The notes: generated from the sequence alone by a model not told the origin. 64,000 nucleotides of DNA from Spirochaetota bacterium (GCA_963664815.2 CAXXHB010000003.1:32001-96000), one strand, 5' to 3'. Shown: positions 1 through 10,099, counted from the stretch's first letter. Made by a program: numbers and translations.

Positions 1-2350
1 CCCTTGCAAATGCGATTGTAGTATCTATATAGTTACGGAAGCCGGGATAGGTTTCAAAATATTTTTTTATAAACTCAGCGGCCTCTTTCATCCCTATTTC
101 CGCCTGCTGCGACAGACCGTAAGGGGATACTCCGTATATTGTGGCGAAATTTATTATTTTTGCCTGCCTTCGCATGTCGGGAGTTATCTGGTCAATGGAA
201 ACCCCGAACACCGATGAAGCGGTCATGCTGTGAATGTCAATTTTGTCCTTAAATGCGGAGATCATGTTTGCATCATTTGAGTAGTGAGCAGCCAGGCGTA
301 ATTCTATCTGTGAGTAGTCCGCCGACATAAGCAGGAATCCCTTTTCTGGAATAAAACCTCTCCTTATTTGTCCTCCAAATTCATCCTTTATCGGAATATT
401 CTGCAGATTAGGATCTGAAGATGAAAGCCTGCCGGTGGCAGCGATCGTCTGGTTATAAGAGGTGTGGATACGGCCGGTTACGGGATTTATAAGCTTGGGG
501 AGTGAATCAATATAGGTGCCGTGAAGCTTGCTGAGAGTCCGGTAATCAATGAGGTAGCCGATTATTTCATGCGTTCCTTTCAGTTTTTCAAGTACCGTTA
601 TATCGGTAGAGAAGCCGGTTGAGGTCTTTTTTGCTGTTTTTAGCTTAAGTTTTTCAAAGAGTATCGTTGCGAGTTCCCTGGTCGAGTTAATGTTGAACTT
701 CTGGCCGGCGAGAGAATATATTTTTTTTTCTGTTTCCTGAACTCTTTCAATAATTATTTTTTTCATGTTTTCAAAATGGCTTGTTTCAATTCTTATACCG
801 ATGTATTCCATATCCGCAAGAATTGGAAGAAGAGACATCTCCATGGTTTCAAAGAGTTTAGTCAGGTTCTGTTCATCAAGCATCGGTTTAAATATTTTAT
901 ACAGCCTGAATGTAATATCTGCATCTTCAATGGCATATTCTGCAAGCCTGTCAAGGGGAACTTCTGAAAGAGGTACAGCGTTTTTACCTGTTCCGGTCAG
1001 TTCTTTGTAGGTAATAGTTTTATAGTTAAGATATATTTTCGCGAGATCATCCATGTTATGCCTTCTCTCGGAAGGATTGAGGAGGTAAGAGGCTATCATC
1101 GTGTCGAAGTATATTCCACGAAGTTCAATATTCGCACGCTTGAGTACAAGCATGTCATATTTTATATTCTGGCCGATTTTTTTTATATTTTCATTTTCAA
1201 TAAGCGGTTTTACAAGCGGCAGTGAAATTGCAGGATCGGGATATTCATCGCTGAAAAGCCCCTTACTCTGGAGAGGAAGGAACCATCCGCTGTTCTCTTT
1301 AATTGAAAATGACATTCCCACGAGATTAGCTTCAACCGGATGTATCGAATCGGTTTCAGTATCGAATGATACAACTTCTGCCCGGGTGATCTCTTCTATC
1401 ATAGCTTTCAGCTCTTTTTCTGTATGTATTGTTATATAATTTCGTGCTGCATCAGAAATAGAAGTAAAGTTCTCAGGTTTTATACCAGGGAAAAAATCGT
1501 TTGAAATGGACTGCATCTCTAATTTATTAAAGTATTCAACAGCAATATAAGGATTTATACCATTAAATATCATTTGTAAAAGATCTGCTTCGAGGGGAAC
1601 GTCTTTTCTTATAGTCACAAGATCGCGGCTGAGGAAGGCCATCTCTTTCCCGGTCTTAAGAAGCTCACCGGTTTTACCTTTTATTGAATCGGCATTTTCA
1701 TAAATTTTTTCCAGCGTACCGTATTCAGTAATCAGTTTCAGTGCAGTTTTCTCTCCGATTCCCTTAACCCCGGGAACATTATCCGCAGTGTCGCCCATCA
1801 GCGCCATGTAATCTATTATACTCTCCGGGCCGAGACCGGTTTTGTTAATAACACCCTGAGTGTCATAAATTTCGTATTCAGAGACACCTTTGGTATTGGC
1901 ATATATCCTTACATTATCCTTTACAAGCTGGTAGGCATCCTTATCTCCTGTTACCAGATATACTTCAAGCTCATCGGAAGAAAACTTTTCCGAGACTGTT
2001 CCAAGCACATCATCTGCTTCATAGTCGTCATGTTCGAGAATTGTAATTCCGAGGGTCTTTACCAGGTGCTTAATCTCGTCAATCTGGCTTCTCATCTCAT
2101 CGGGCATTTTTTCTCTGTTTGCCTTGTATTCCCCGTATAGTTTAAACCTGAACGATTTTTTCGGAGGATCAAAAGCTACCGCAAGGTAATCGGGAGACTG
2201 ATCTTTTATTAGTTTAAGGAGCATCCTTGAGAATCCGAAAATCGCTGAAGTATTCTGACCGCTGGAATTTTTCAGAGGTTTTTTAATAAATGCAAAATAC
2301 GCCCTGTAACAAAGGGCGTGTCCATCAAGAATATATAATTTTTTTTTCAT
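1..2350 (-). CDS. polA: DNA polymerase I (3' end runs off the window)
   Basis: Not in the ORF track. Manual minus-strand translation from the ATG at 2350 gives MKKKLYILDGHALCYRAYFAFIKKPLKNSSGQNTSAIFGF (5'-3' exonuclease). Further on are HTSYNQTIAATGRLSSSDPNLQNIP and SADYSQIELR (Pol A motifs). Confidence 0.97.
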   Translation of the reverse strand, partial: MKKKLYILDGHALCYRAYFAFIKKPLKNSSGQNTSAIFGFSRMLLKLIKDQSPDYLAVAFDPPKKSFRFKLYGEYKANREKMPDEMRSQIDEIKHLVKTLGITILEHDDYEADDVLGTVSEKFSSDELEVYLVTGDKDAYQLVKDNVRIYANTKGVSEYEIYDTQGVINKTGLGPESIIDYMALMGDTADNVPGVKGIGEKTALKLITEYGTLEKIYENADSIKGKTGELLKTGKEMAFLSRDLVTIRKDVPLEADLLQMIFNGINPYIAVEYFNKLEMQSISNDFFPGIKPENFTSISDAARNYITIHTEKELKAMIEEITRAEVVSFDTETDSIHPVEANLVGMSFSIKENSGWFLPLQSKGLFSDEYPDPAISLPLVKPLIENENIKKIGQNIKYDMLVLKRANIELRGIYFDTMIASYLLNPSERRHNMDDLAKIYLNYKTITYKELTGTGKNAVPLSEVPLDRLAEYAIEDADITFRLYKIFKPMLDEQNLTKLFETMEMSLLPILADMEYIGIRIETSHFENMKKIIIERVQETEKKIYSLAGQKFNINSTRELATILFEKLKLKTAKKTSTGFSTDITVLEKLKGTHEIIGYLIDYRTLSKLHGTYIDSLPKLINPVTGRIHTSYNQTIAATGRLSSSDPNLQNIPIKDEFGGQIRRGFIPEKGFLLMSADYSQIELRLAAHYSNDANMISAFKDKIDIHSMTASSVFGVSIDQITPDMRRQAKIINFATIYGVSPYGLSQQAEIGMKEAAEFIKKYFETYPGFRNYIDTTIAFAR

Positions 2351-2368
2351 AATTGATTGCTCCCGGAG

Positions 2369-2764
2369 TTAAATAGCCTGAGTCTGTTTGATCCTGTTCA
2401 TTTCGCTTATTTTTCCTATGAGTATCTCATCAGTTTTTGCGAGCCTCTGTGCAAGAATCTGTACCATTTTCGCAGCAAATTGCGGATTTAAGATAAGGAA
2501 AGATTTAAGTTGTGTAACATTATCTATATATGCCAGCTTTACGTCGCCGAGAGCCCGCACAGTTGCACTTCTCGGATGATCGGTAAAGAGCGATATCTCT
2601 CCGAAAAAATCACCCTCCTGCATGGTTGCCACTACAATATTTTCTTCACCACTTGAAAGAAACACACTTACACGACCTTCAAGGATTATATACATTCTCT
2701 GTTCCATCTGGCCGATTTTAATAATATTCTCGCCATTCTGGAAATACATAATGTTCTTTGACAT
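2369..2764 (-). CDS. Stand-alone cyclic-nucleotide-binding (cNMP) domain protein
   Basis: GDFFGEISLF..HPRSATVRA cNMP signature; no HTH; GGAGG RBS upstream. Confidence 0.9.
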   Translation of the reverse strand: MSKNIMYFQNGENIIKIGQMEQRMYIILEGRVSVFLSSGEENIVVATMQEGDFFGEISLFTDHPRSATVRALGDVKLAYIDNVTQLKSFLILNPQFAAKMVQILAQRLAKTDEILIGKISEMNRIKQTQAI

Positions 2765-2906
2765 TGTTCCTCCGGAGACATTGTTATTCTTCTATTATCG
2801 GCGTTTCATGCTTTTTCATCAATGAAGATTCAGGCGATTTTTTGATTTACAGAGCAGATATAGCAGGTTTAATATTGATCATCTCATATCGTAATTTATA
2901 AAATGC

Positions 2907-2934
2907 TAAAAAATAGAGTATTAATTGCCGATAA
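2907..2934 (+). promoter_or_regulatory. Putative sigma28 (FliA)-type promoter
   Basis: TAAA-N16-GCCGATAA upstream of ORF 3065. Confidence 0.45.
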
Positions 2935-3064
2935 GTAACAGATAATAGGTTATTAAATTTGCCTGGTTTTGACAGAATTTTTATGTAATAAAATAAGGGT
3001 TTATAGCTTTTGAAAAATAAGAATGGATAAAAACTATCTTTTAGTCTGAAATTTTTAAGGAGCT

Positions 3065-3874
3065 TTGATGATTACCTCAGAAATTAATAAGAGAGAAGAC
3101 CTGTTCCAGTCTGACAACTATATTGGAAGTATTCTCCATGGTTCAAAAAATGTTTTCATAAAAAAACGTTATTTGAATTCTAAAAGAGATTATCAAAGCT
3201 ATTTTGTAATTAACACGGGTAAAGAAATTGTAAAATCCTTTACAGTTCTTTATAATAATACATCTGCATTGAGAAGATTCTATTCAGGAATTCCCCCGTT
3301 TTTTCCGGATGATGATAACAGAGAAAGAGTGGAAAATTTCAGGACATATTTAACGGTTTTAAATGAAGATGTAATTAATTTTCTGTCACAAAGAATTACA
3401 GTTCTGAAAGAACAGGATAATCCCCTCGCCTTGTATGTAATACCTGAATTAATATGTAACGGGGTTAAAGCTAATTATATAATAGAAAAAAAAATCTCTG
3501 CCGATACAGGAAAAACATTCAAAGAGCATAATTGTATGCTTGAGATTGTCTGTCTCTCCAACAGGAGAAAACCGGATCACATAGATTTAATAATGCGGAA
3601 TTACGCACGGTATCATGAAGGTGTTGAAAAAAGTATTGAAGATGCATTAAGCAGCCGCTGGACAAAAAGGGTAAAATTCAGGAATGAAAAAAATCATAGA
3701 GAAAATACCGAGAGTTCTGAATATGGTCTCCCTTCAATTCATAATGTAATAAGAAAATATTATAATGGCAATCTGTTTTATGATGGATATGATGATTCAT
3801 TTCCTGATTTCGGTGCTTATCAGTTTACAATGCGCCTCCCGAAAGGTGAAGCTTACGATGTATCCCCTGTCTGA
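3065..3874 (+). CDS. Hypothetical protein, possibly a degenerate HATPase_c (GHKL)-like domain
   Basis: 269-aa ORF. ELICNGVKAN resembles an N-box and EYGLPSI a G2-like box. No HisKA domain. Confidence 0.55.
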   Translation: MMITSEINKREDLFQSDNYIGSILHGSKNVFIKKRYLNSKRDYQSYFVINTGKEIVKSFTVLYNNTSALRRFYSGIPPFFPDDDNRERVENFRTYLTVLNEDVINFLSQRITVLKEQDNPLALYVIPELICNGVKANYIIEKKISADTGKTFKEHNCMLEIVCLSNRRKPDHIDLIMRNYARYHEGVEKSIEDALSSRWTKRVKFRNEKNHRENTESSEYGLPSIHNVIRKYYNGNLFYDGYDDSFPDFGAYQFTMRLPKGEAYDVSPV

Positions 3875-3992
3875 AATTTAAAAAAAATATTAAAATATAT
3901 TATGGAACCTTTTATCCTCTTGCCGGGTCAAAGTTAAATAAAGAGATGAGTAAAATCATTGATATAGTATAACTGTAAATGGTCTCCTTTTT

Positions 3993-4037
3993 TTAGTCCA
4001 AGGCCCGGATTTTTAAATCCGGGCACCGGGACTTAAG
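3993..4037. terminator. Hairpin between convergent genes
   Basis: GCCCGGATTT (4003-4012) pairs with AAATCCGGGC (4015-4024), with outer TTAGTCC/GGACTTAA arms. Confidence 0.55.
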
Positions 4038-4111
4038 CTGAAACAGCAGAAAATAATGCAGAAGTATTGATGTATTACATAAGTGATTAATAGGTGTAAG
4101 CATTGATAAAT

Positions 4112-4594
4112 TCAGCTTTTAAATCTTCCATCTGAAGTTTTACCGGCAATTTCCTTCTCTTTTCCGGAAAACCATCCTGTACGTATCTCTTTTATGTCCT
4201 CAAACATCGGGACAAAGGGTTTAATGTCAATTAATGGTGTTCCATCAAGAATATCAATACCCTGAATCTTCAGAATATTCCCGGTCACAGACAGCAGCTT
4301 TACAACCGATAAACCTACAGGATTGGGTCTTACAGGGGATCTGGTTGAAAATATTCCTCTTTCTTCAGTATCGAGGAATGGGACAACCTTCAATTTGTAA
4401 TCAGTACATTTATGAAGATGGAAAATAAGGTATATGTGGGAGAAGCCTTCAAGATCAGCCAGACCGTCCGTGAATTCATCAAGAATCTCAATCCATCCAT
4501 TTGTGTTGTTATCCGCAGCAGGTTGTATAGGTACATTTTCAGCTGTCATAAACGGAGTGTGTATTATACCAATTGGTGAAAATTCTATCTTCAT
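4112..4594 (-). CDS. tsaA: tRNA m6t6A37 methyltransferase TrmO (TsaA/YaeB family)
   Basis: GLADLEGFSHIYLIFHLH, RGIFSTRSPVRPNPVGLS and DILDGTPLIDIKP motifs. Confidence 0.93.
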   Translation of the reverse strand: MKIEFSPIGIIHTPFMTAENVPIQPAADNNTNGWIEILDEFTDGLADLEGFSHIYLIFHLHKCTDYKLKVVPFLDTEERGIFSTRSPVRPNPVGLSVVKLLSVTGNILKIQGIDILDGTPLIDIKPFVPMFEDIKEIRTGWFSGKEKEIAGKTSDGRFKS

Positions 4595-5019
4595 AATGTT
4601 TTTACCTCATATAGTCAGGCATAATAATAAATAATTATTTAAGATGATTTTAATCAATTCAAAAAATTGATATCAGCCCCCTACTTTTGTAAGCAATAAA
4701 ATATTTCAATCCCCTCGTCTGTATCTGTATCGGAAGATGCAGCATGTATTTAAATCAATAATAATTCCAAAGCTTTTATATAATAAAAATGCACTACTAT
4801 CACCGCTGCCTTCGGTGGTGGTGATGCATAAACGTTTATTTACATTAAAGCATATGTTCAGGATCTTTTGCTGAAATAAAATGAAAAGATTCAGGCTTTA
4901 ATGTAGAATAAAACTGTTCTTTGAGATATATTTTATCTATGTGCTGTAGTAATTTCCGGATTGTCAATCAACAGGATGCCGAAATAAAGAATTCTTTATT
5001 TTAAAACAGGAGGATATAA

Positions 5020-8000
5020 ATGCCTGGTATGTTTGAGTCTGTCAGGAAAATTGTGTTTCATATCAGATATACCTGGAAGTCTTTACTTGTTGGAATGCTG
5101 TTATGTGCAATGGCAATTGCTTTATGGGTAGCCCTTGACTGGAGAGAGAAAAGCAATCTGCAGTTTAAAATAAGATCGGAGGCAGAATTTCTATCCTCCA
5201 ATATTGAAGCAGATCTGCGCAGCCGTATCCCGTCTTTGCAGCGTATCGTAAAAGAATGGGAGAGTCATCATTACATGTCCAGGGATGAATTTTTAAGTGA
5301 ATCAACTTCATACCTGATTGATGTTCCAGGTTTTCAGGCGCTGGAATGGGTGGACAGGAATTATTATGTGCGATGGATAGTACCGTTTGAAAAGAATAAA
5401 CAGGCGCTCAACCTGAATCTCGCCTTTGAAAAAAACCGTAAAAATGCGATGGAAAAGGCAAGAACTCTGAAATCTTCAACAGTAACATCTCCGGTAGATC
5501 TTGTTCAGGGAGGAAAAGGTTTCCTGATGTTTTTCCCTGTATATGTTCACAACAGTTTTGAAGGATATATTCTGGCTGTTTTCCGTATTAATGAATGGCT
5601 TGATTTTGTTTTCAACATGAAGAGTAATAATGATCTGTCCGAGAATTATATCATCAGTGTTTTTTTTGACGATATTCCGGTCTACCTGAAAGGGGATTTA
5701 CAACCGGTACAGAAATATGACTACAATGCGATTTCTTCAACACAGATCATCGATCATAATATATATGTTCATGTATATCCGACAGAAAAATTAATCAGCA
5801 AATATAAAACAGTTATCCCGGCAGTGGCGGTAATTTTCGGAGTTTTGTTATCTTTTCTTCTTTCTTTTATTGCCGGTCTTCTTCAGAAGGCAAACCTTCA
5901 GACATTGAAAATGCATGAGGCGAAATTGGCGCTTGAAACTGAAATAGATGAACGAAAGGCCATTGAGGAAAAGCTTCAACGCTCCCTGGTGCGTATTGAT
6001 CTTGCAACAAAAGCGGGCGGGATGGGTATCTGGACATGGGATTTGTCCAGTGACAGTCTTACATGGAATGACCGTATGTTTGATTTGTTTGATATTCCTT
6101 CCGAGACAATACTGACATACGAAACATGGCGGAAAACTGTTCATCCTGATGATTTATCTGCAACTGAACGCTTACTTATGAATTCAGTTAAGAGGGATGT
6201 TGTTTTTAATACTGAATTCCGTATTGTACTCAGGGATGGTTCCATAAGAAATATACGGGCTGCTTCAAGGACTGTAATGGATATTGATCATAATCCGCAA
6301 TATGTGACAGGACTCAACTGGGATGTTACCGACAACAGGAGAGCGAAGGAGTCATTGAAGGAAAGGGAAGAGCAGGTACGCCTGCTGCTCAATTCCACTG
6401 GAGAGGCAATTTACGGTATAAATATGCAGGGTGACTGTACATTTGCAAACCCGTCATGTGCAAGAATGCTCGGGTATTCTGACCCGGGATTGTTAATTGG
6501 TAAAAATATGCACACCCTAATACATCATTCCTATGCGGATGGAAAGCCGATGGTTGTTGAAAACTGCAGAATTTACTGCGCCATTAATCAGGGGAAAAGC
6601 ATGCATGTCGATGATGAAGTATTGTGGAGGGCAGATGGAACCAGTTTTCCGGTTGAATACTGGTCTTATCCTCAAAAGGCAGGAGATATAATTACAGGTG
6701 CTGTTGTAACCTTTATCGATATAAGCGAACGAAAAAAGGCTGAAGAATTACTGGCCATGGAGAGACGCAGGTTGTCATATATTCTCGAAGGAACAAACGC
6801 CGGTACATGGGAATGGAATGTTCAGACCGGGGAAACATTATTTAACCGCAGGTGGGCAGAGATTGCAGGTTATACTCTGGAGGAACTCAGTCCGGTTACA
6901 ATAAAAACCTGGGAAAATTTAATACATCCGGAGGATGCAGTGATTTCCAGGAAATTGCTTGAAAAACATTTTAATCATGAATCGGACTATTATGAATGTG
7001 AAGTAAGGATGCACCATAAGAATGGAACCTGGGTGTGGATATTAGACAGGGGAAAGGTTGCCACATGGGATATGGATTACAAACCGCTGCTTATGGCCGA
7101 GACACATACTGATATCACTGAGAAGAAGGAGGCGGAGGAGCGGATCTTAAATGCCAGAGATATGGCCGAAGCAGCAAATAATGCCAAAAGTACATTTCTG
7201 GCAAATATGAGTCATGACTTGCGGACTCCCATGAACGCGATAATCGGGATATCAGGCGTTCTTGTAAAAAAATATGATAACAGCAATAAACGTTTTAAAG
7301 AAGGGCTTCAGCTTATTCATGAAAGTGGTGAACGGCTTCTCACTCTTATAAATGATCTGCTTGACCTTTCAAGAATTGAATCTCAGAAGATGGATGTTTC
7401 AAACTCATGGTTTAAAGTACAGGATTTTGTACCTGGTATTTATGCGACAATGTCTGCATTGATAGGGAAAAGGAAAATTACTTTTGCTTTTGAAACGGAA
7501 GACATGGATAAATATATTTATAATGACAAAAATAAAATTTACCGTATATTAATGAATTTACTTGGCAATGCTGCAAAGTTTACAAGAGAGGGATCGATAC
7601 TTCTAAAGGTAAAAATTGATTCTGAGAAAACTGTTTTTGAGGTAATTGATACCGGGATCGGAATTAATGAAAAACAGCTCCAATATATCTTTGAGCCTTT
7701 TTATCAGGCGGATAATTCAATGACAAGGGAATATACAGGATCCGGGCTTGGCCTTGCCCTGTGTAAAAGCATGGCTGAACTGATGAACGGTATTATTGAG
7801 GTTGAAAGTGAGCCGGGTAAAGGTACAACAGTTTGTCTTTTACTGCCGGTGATCCGGAGTCAAAACATGTATTATGATGAAATGAATACCGGCAAAGGAA
7901 TTTGTGAAGATTCAGGCAGTCGCCTTACAATAAGCAGTAAGCGTATATTGATAGTTGATGATGAATCAATGGGAAGAGAAACTCTTAAATATATGCTGGA

Positions 8001-8286
8001 AAATATATATAAACTGTCACTTGCAGAAAACGGTAGTGACGCTGTAGAACTTTTTAAGAATAATAATTACGACATTGTTCTGCTTGATATTATTATGCCA
8101 GGTATGGGCGGGTACAAGGTTTTTGAGGAGTTCCGTAAAATAAATATAAATATACCTGTTATTGCAGTTACAGCAAGAGCCATGCCGCAGGATAAAATAA
8201 AAATTCTTGAATGCGGATTTGCCGCTTTTATATCAAAACCGGTAAATCAGGATGAACTTATTGAAACTATCGAGAGTTTTAATTAA
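5020..8286 (+). CDS. Hybrid sensor histidine kinase (CHASE - 3 PAS - HisKA - HATPase - REC)
   Basis: TM-flanked CHASE-like region (SPVDLVQGGKGF), PAS repeats, FLANMSHDLRTPMN H-box, NLLGNAAKF, GSGLGL and a C-terminal receiver. Confidence 0.95.
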   Translation: MPGMFESVRKIVFHIRYTWKSLLVGMLLCAMAIALWVALDWREKSNLQFKIRSEAEFLSSNIEADLRSRIPSLQRIVKEWESHHYMSRDEFLSESTSYLIDVPGFQALEWVDRNYYVRWIVPFEKNKQALNLNLAFEKNRKNAMEKARTLKSSTVTSPVDLVQGGKGFLMFFPVYVHNSFEGYILAVFRINEWLDFVFNMKSNNDLSENYIISVFFDDIPVYLKGDLQPVQKYDYNAISSTQIIDHNIYVHVYPTEKLISKYKTVIPAVAVIFGVLLSFLLSFIAGLLQKANLQTLKMHEAKLALETEIDERKAIEEKLQRSLVRIDLATKAGGMGIWTWDLSSDSLTWNDRMFDLFDIPSETILTYETWRKTVHPDDLSATERLLMNSVKRDVVFNTEFRIVLRDGSIRNIRAASRTVMDIDHNPQYVTGLNWDVTDNRRAKESLKEREEQVRLLLNSTGEAIYGINMQGDCTFANPSCARMLGYSDPGLLIGKNMHTLIHHSYADGKPMVVENCRIYCAINQGKSMHVDDEVLWRADGTSFPVEYWSYPQKAGDIITGAVVTFIDISERKKAEELLAMERRRLSYILEGTNAGTWEWNVQTGETLFNRRWAEIAGYTLEELSPVTIKTWENLIHPEDAVISRKLLEKHFNHESDYYECEVRMHHKNGTWVWILDRGKVATWDMDYKPLLMAETHTDITEKKEAEERILNARDMAEAANNAKSTFLANMSHDLRTPMNAIIGISGVLVKKYDNSNKRFKEGLQLIHESGERLLTLINDLLDLSRIESQKMDVSNSWFKVQDFVPGIYATMSALIGKRKITFAFETEDMDKYIYNDKNKIYRILMNLLGNAAKFTREGSILLKVKIDSEKTVFEVIDTGIGINEKQLQYIFEPFYQADNSMTREYTGSGLGLALCKSMAELMNGIIEVESEPGKGTTVCLLLPVIRSQNMYYDEMNTGKGICEDSGSRLTISSKRILIVDDESMGRETLKYMLENIYKLSLAENGSDAVELFKNNNYDIVLLDIIMPGMGGYKVFEEFRKININIPVIAVTARAMPQDKIKILECGFAAFISKPVNQDELIETIESFN

Positions 8287-8364
8287 ATTGTTTTCGCATA
8301 TGCCTGGTTTATGATGCAGCATGGCCGGTTTTTGTTTAAGATTGAAATCTGTTGAGGTCAGGAG

Positions 8365-8745
8365 ATGAAAAAGAAAATATTAATTGTTGATGATCTTTAT
8401 GCAAACCGTTATCTGCTTGAAGAAGTACTGGATGAATATGAAGTGTTCGGTGTATCAGATGGTGGTAAGATGCGGGAATATTTAAAATCATCTATCCCGG
8501 ATGTTATACTGATGGATGTTAACCTCCCTGAACAGGACGGATTTGAGATTACAAAAGAGTTGAAGAATAACCCTCTGACAAAGAATATTTCTGTTATTTT
8601 TTTAACCGTTCACAACACAAAATCAGATGTCATGCATGCTATCAAGGCGGGAGGTTCTGATTTTATTGTAAAACCTTTTGATGAAATTGATCTGAAGAGT
8701 CGTATTGAGAAAGTTTTAAAGGAAAAGGAGTTCAGGGATATATAA
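8365..8745 (+). CDS. Single-domain response regulator
   Basis: ILIVDD, ILMDVNLP and FIVKPF receiver motifs. Confidence 0.93.
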   Translation: MKKKILIVDDLYANRYLLEEVLDEYEVFGVSDGGKMREYLKSSIPDVILMDVNLPEQDGFEITKELKNNPLTKNISVIFLTVHNTKSDVMHAIKAGGSDFIVKPFDEIDLKSRIEKVLKEKEFRDI

Positions 8746-8763
8746 AAATCCTGCGGAGAGAAT

Positions 8764-9245
8764 GTGGAGAAATTTACAATACTCGTAGTTGATGATGAGC
8801 CGGCGAATATTTTCCTGCTGGAAGAGGTTTTATATAACTATAATGTAGTATCAGTAAAAAACGGCATGGAGATGTTTGATGTACTTGAAAAAACGTTACC
8901 CGACCTGATGCTGCTCGATATAATGATGCCCGGGATTGATGGATTAACGCTTGCTCGTCAGTTTATGATATACTCGCCAGGTATGGGGGAGAGGAGTTTA
9001 TTTTTATCATTGACGGGATATTAAAAGATAAGGCTTCACGAATACTGGACAGGATCAGAGAGGAGATTGCAGTGACAGAACTTGACCCTGAAAACCATAT
9101 TGCTGTTTCATTCAGCTGCGGGATAACAGATAATACTGAAATTGAAGATCAGGGTGATGTAATTGATTTACTTATAAAAATTGCTGACAGGAGACTATAT
9201 AATGCAAAATCAGGAGGGAGAAACCTGGTAATCAGTAATGATTAA
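8764..9245 (+). pseudogene. Internally deleted, frameshifted REC-GGDEF diguanylate cyclase
   Basis: The N-half of a REC domain ends at ~8960. A different frame from 8961 reads VYDILARYGGEEFIFII...VSFSCGI...ADRRLYNAKSGGRNLVISND* (stop 9243-9245). Confidence 0.85.
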
Positions 9246-9440
9246 TATTATCAGAATATTTTATATTTAAATTGTATAAAAAGGTGATCTTAATTTCCGG
9301 ATAATAAAACCCCGTCAGATTGTAAAGGGGTGATTATTTTGAAAATCAAACAGCATATCGTTTAATACCTTGGTTTGATAAACATGTCTTTAACAGGAAA
9401 ATATGATGTAAGTAAAAAACATGTAATGAAATAAAGAAGT

Positions 9441-9709
9441 TTTATAAGGCAAGGAACAGATGTTTCTCACCTTCTGCCGATTGTACTGACAGGTGTATTT
9501 GCAGCAGTATTTCCGATGCTTTTAACATATTGGGACTGGACTGTATATAAATATAGCAATTTTTTTTTCATATTCTTGTTAACATCGGAATGGTTATAGG
9601 GATTATGCCTGTTACAGGTCTTCCTCTTTGTTTTATTTCTTACGGAGGCTCCAATCTTTTCATGATTATGATGGGGGTCGGTATTCTCAATAATATCTAT
9701 AAGAAATGA
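9441..9709 (+). pseudogene. rodA/ftsW (SEDS family) remnant
   Basis: 9569-9709 reads HILVNIGMVIGIMPVTGLPLCFISYGGSNLFMIMMGVGILNNIYKK*, the SEDS C-terminal signature. It has no usable start and is out of frame with the upstream hydrophobic segment at a T9 run. Confidence 0.8.
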
Positions 9710-9889
9710 TCTGCATGTCTCAGTTTGTTCATAAACTGTAACTGGCAGGCTGTCTCTGCTTATTTTCCGACCAATGAGTCAGAATTAAAAAATTTTAGTG
9801 TATTTTAAAAAAATATTTGACAGGTTTCTCTTAAAAGAAACTTATAGCTTATTATAAATTCAGTGTGAAGGAAACATTTTAAAAGTTTT

Positions 9890-10003
9890 ATGAAATCTCT
9901 GGCAAAAAAATCATTTAATGTAATCTATGCAGTAAAAGAACTGAAGTCTGCAGGCTTCGGATATTTCTATTTTTATTTTTACGTAAGTGACATATTGAAC
10001 TGA
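9890..10003 (+). CDS. Phe/Tyr attenuator leader peptide (37 aa)
   Basis: MKSLAKKSFNVIYAVKELKSAGFGYFYFYFYVSDILN*. Eight of nine consecutive codons (9956-9982) are Phe or Tyr. It lies directly upstream of the aro-phe-tyr operon. Confidence 0.88.
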   Translation: MKSLAKKSFNVIYAVKELKSAGFGYFYFYFYVSDILN

Positions 10004-10005
10004 AA

Positions 10006-10069
10006 GAGTTTTATCATAAGAATATACGCGTAAAAAGCCCTTTGATAAAAACTCAAAGGGCTTTTTTTT
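10006..10069 (+). terminator. Attenuator: terminator hairpin with overlapping antiterminator
   Basis: Terminator: GCCCTTTGA (10037-45) / TCAAAGGGC (10053-61) + T8. Antiterminator: GAGTTTTATCA (10006-16) pairs with TGATAAAAACTC (10043-54) with one bulge. Confidence 0.88.
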
Positions 10070-10099
10070 GGTTAATCATTCAGCAAATGGAGAAGAAAG

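Noticed and set aside
765-1439. Plus-strand ORFs 765-1010, 776-967 and 1101-1439
   Set aside because: Antisense shadows of polA. The same applies to the many short ORFs opposite the aro, ileS, kinase and phosphonate genes.
4703-4760. ATTTCAATCCCC resembles the start of some CRISPR repeats
   Set aside because: Single copy, no regular repeat-spacer pattern, and no cas genes in the window.
4790-4828. GC-rich hairpin ACTATCACCG/CGGTGGTGGT upstream of the CHASE kinase
   Set aside because: Isolated hairpin with no U-tract or riboswitch consensus; no function can be assigned.
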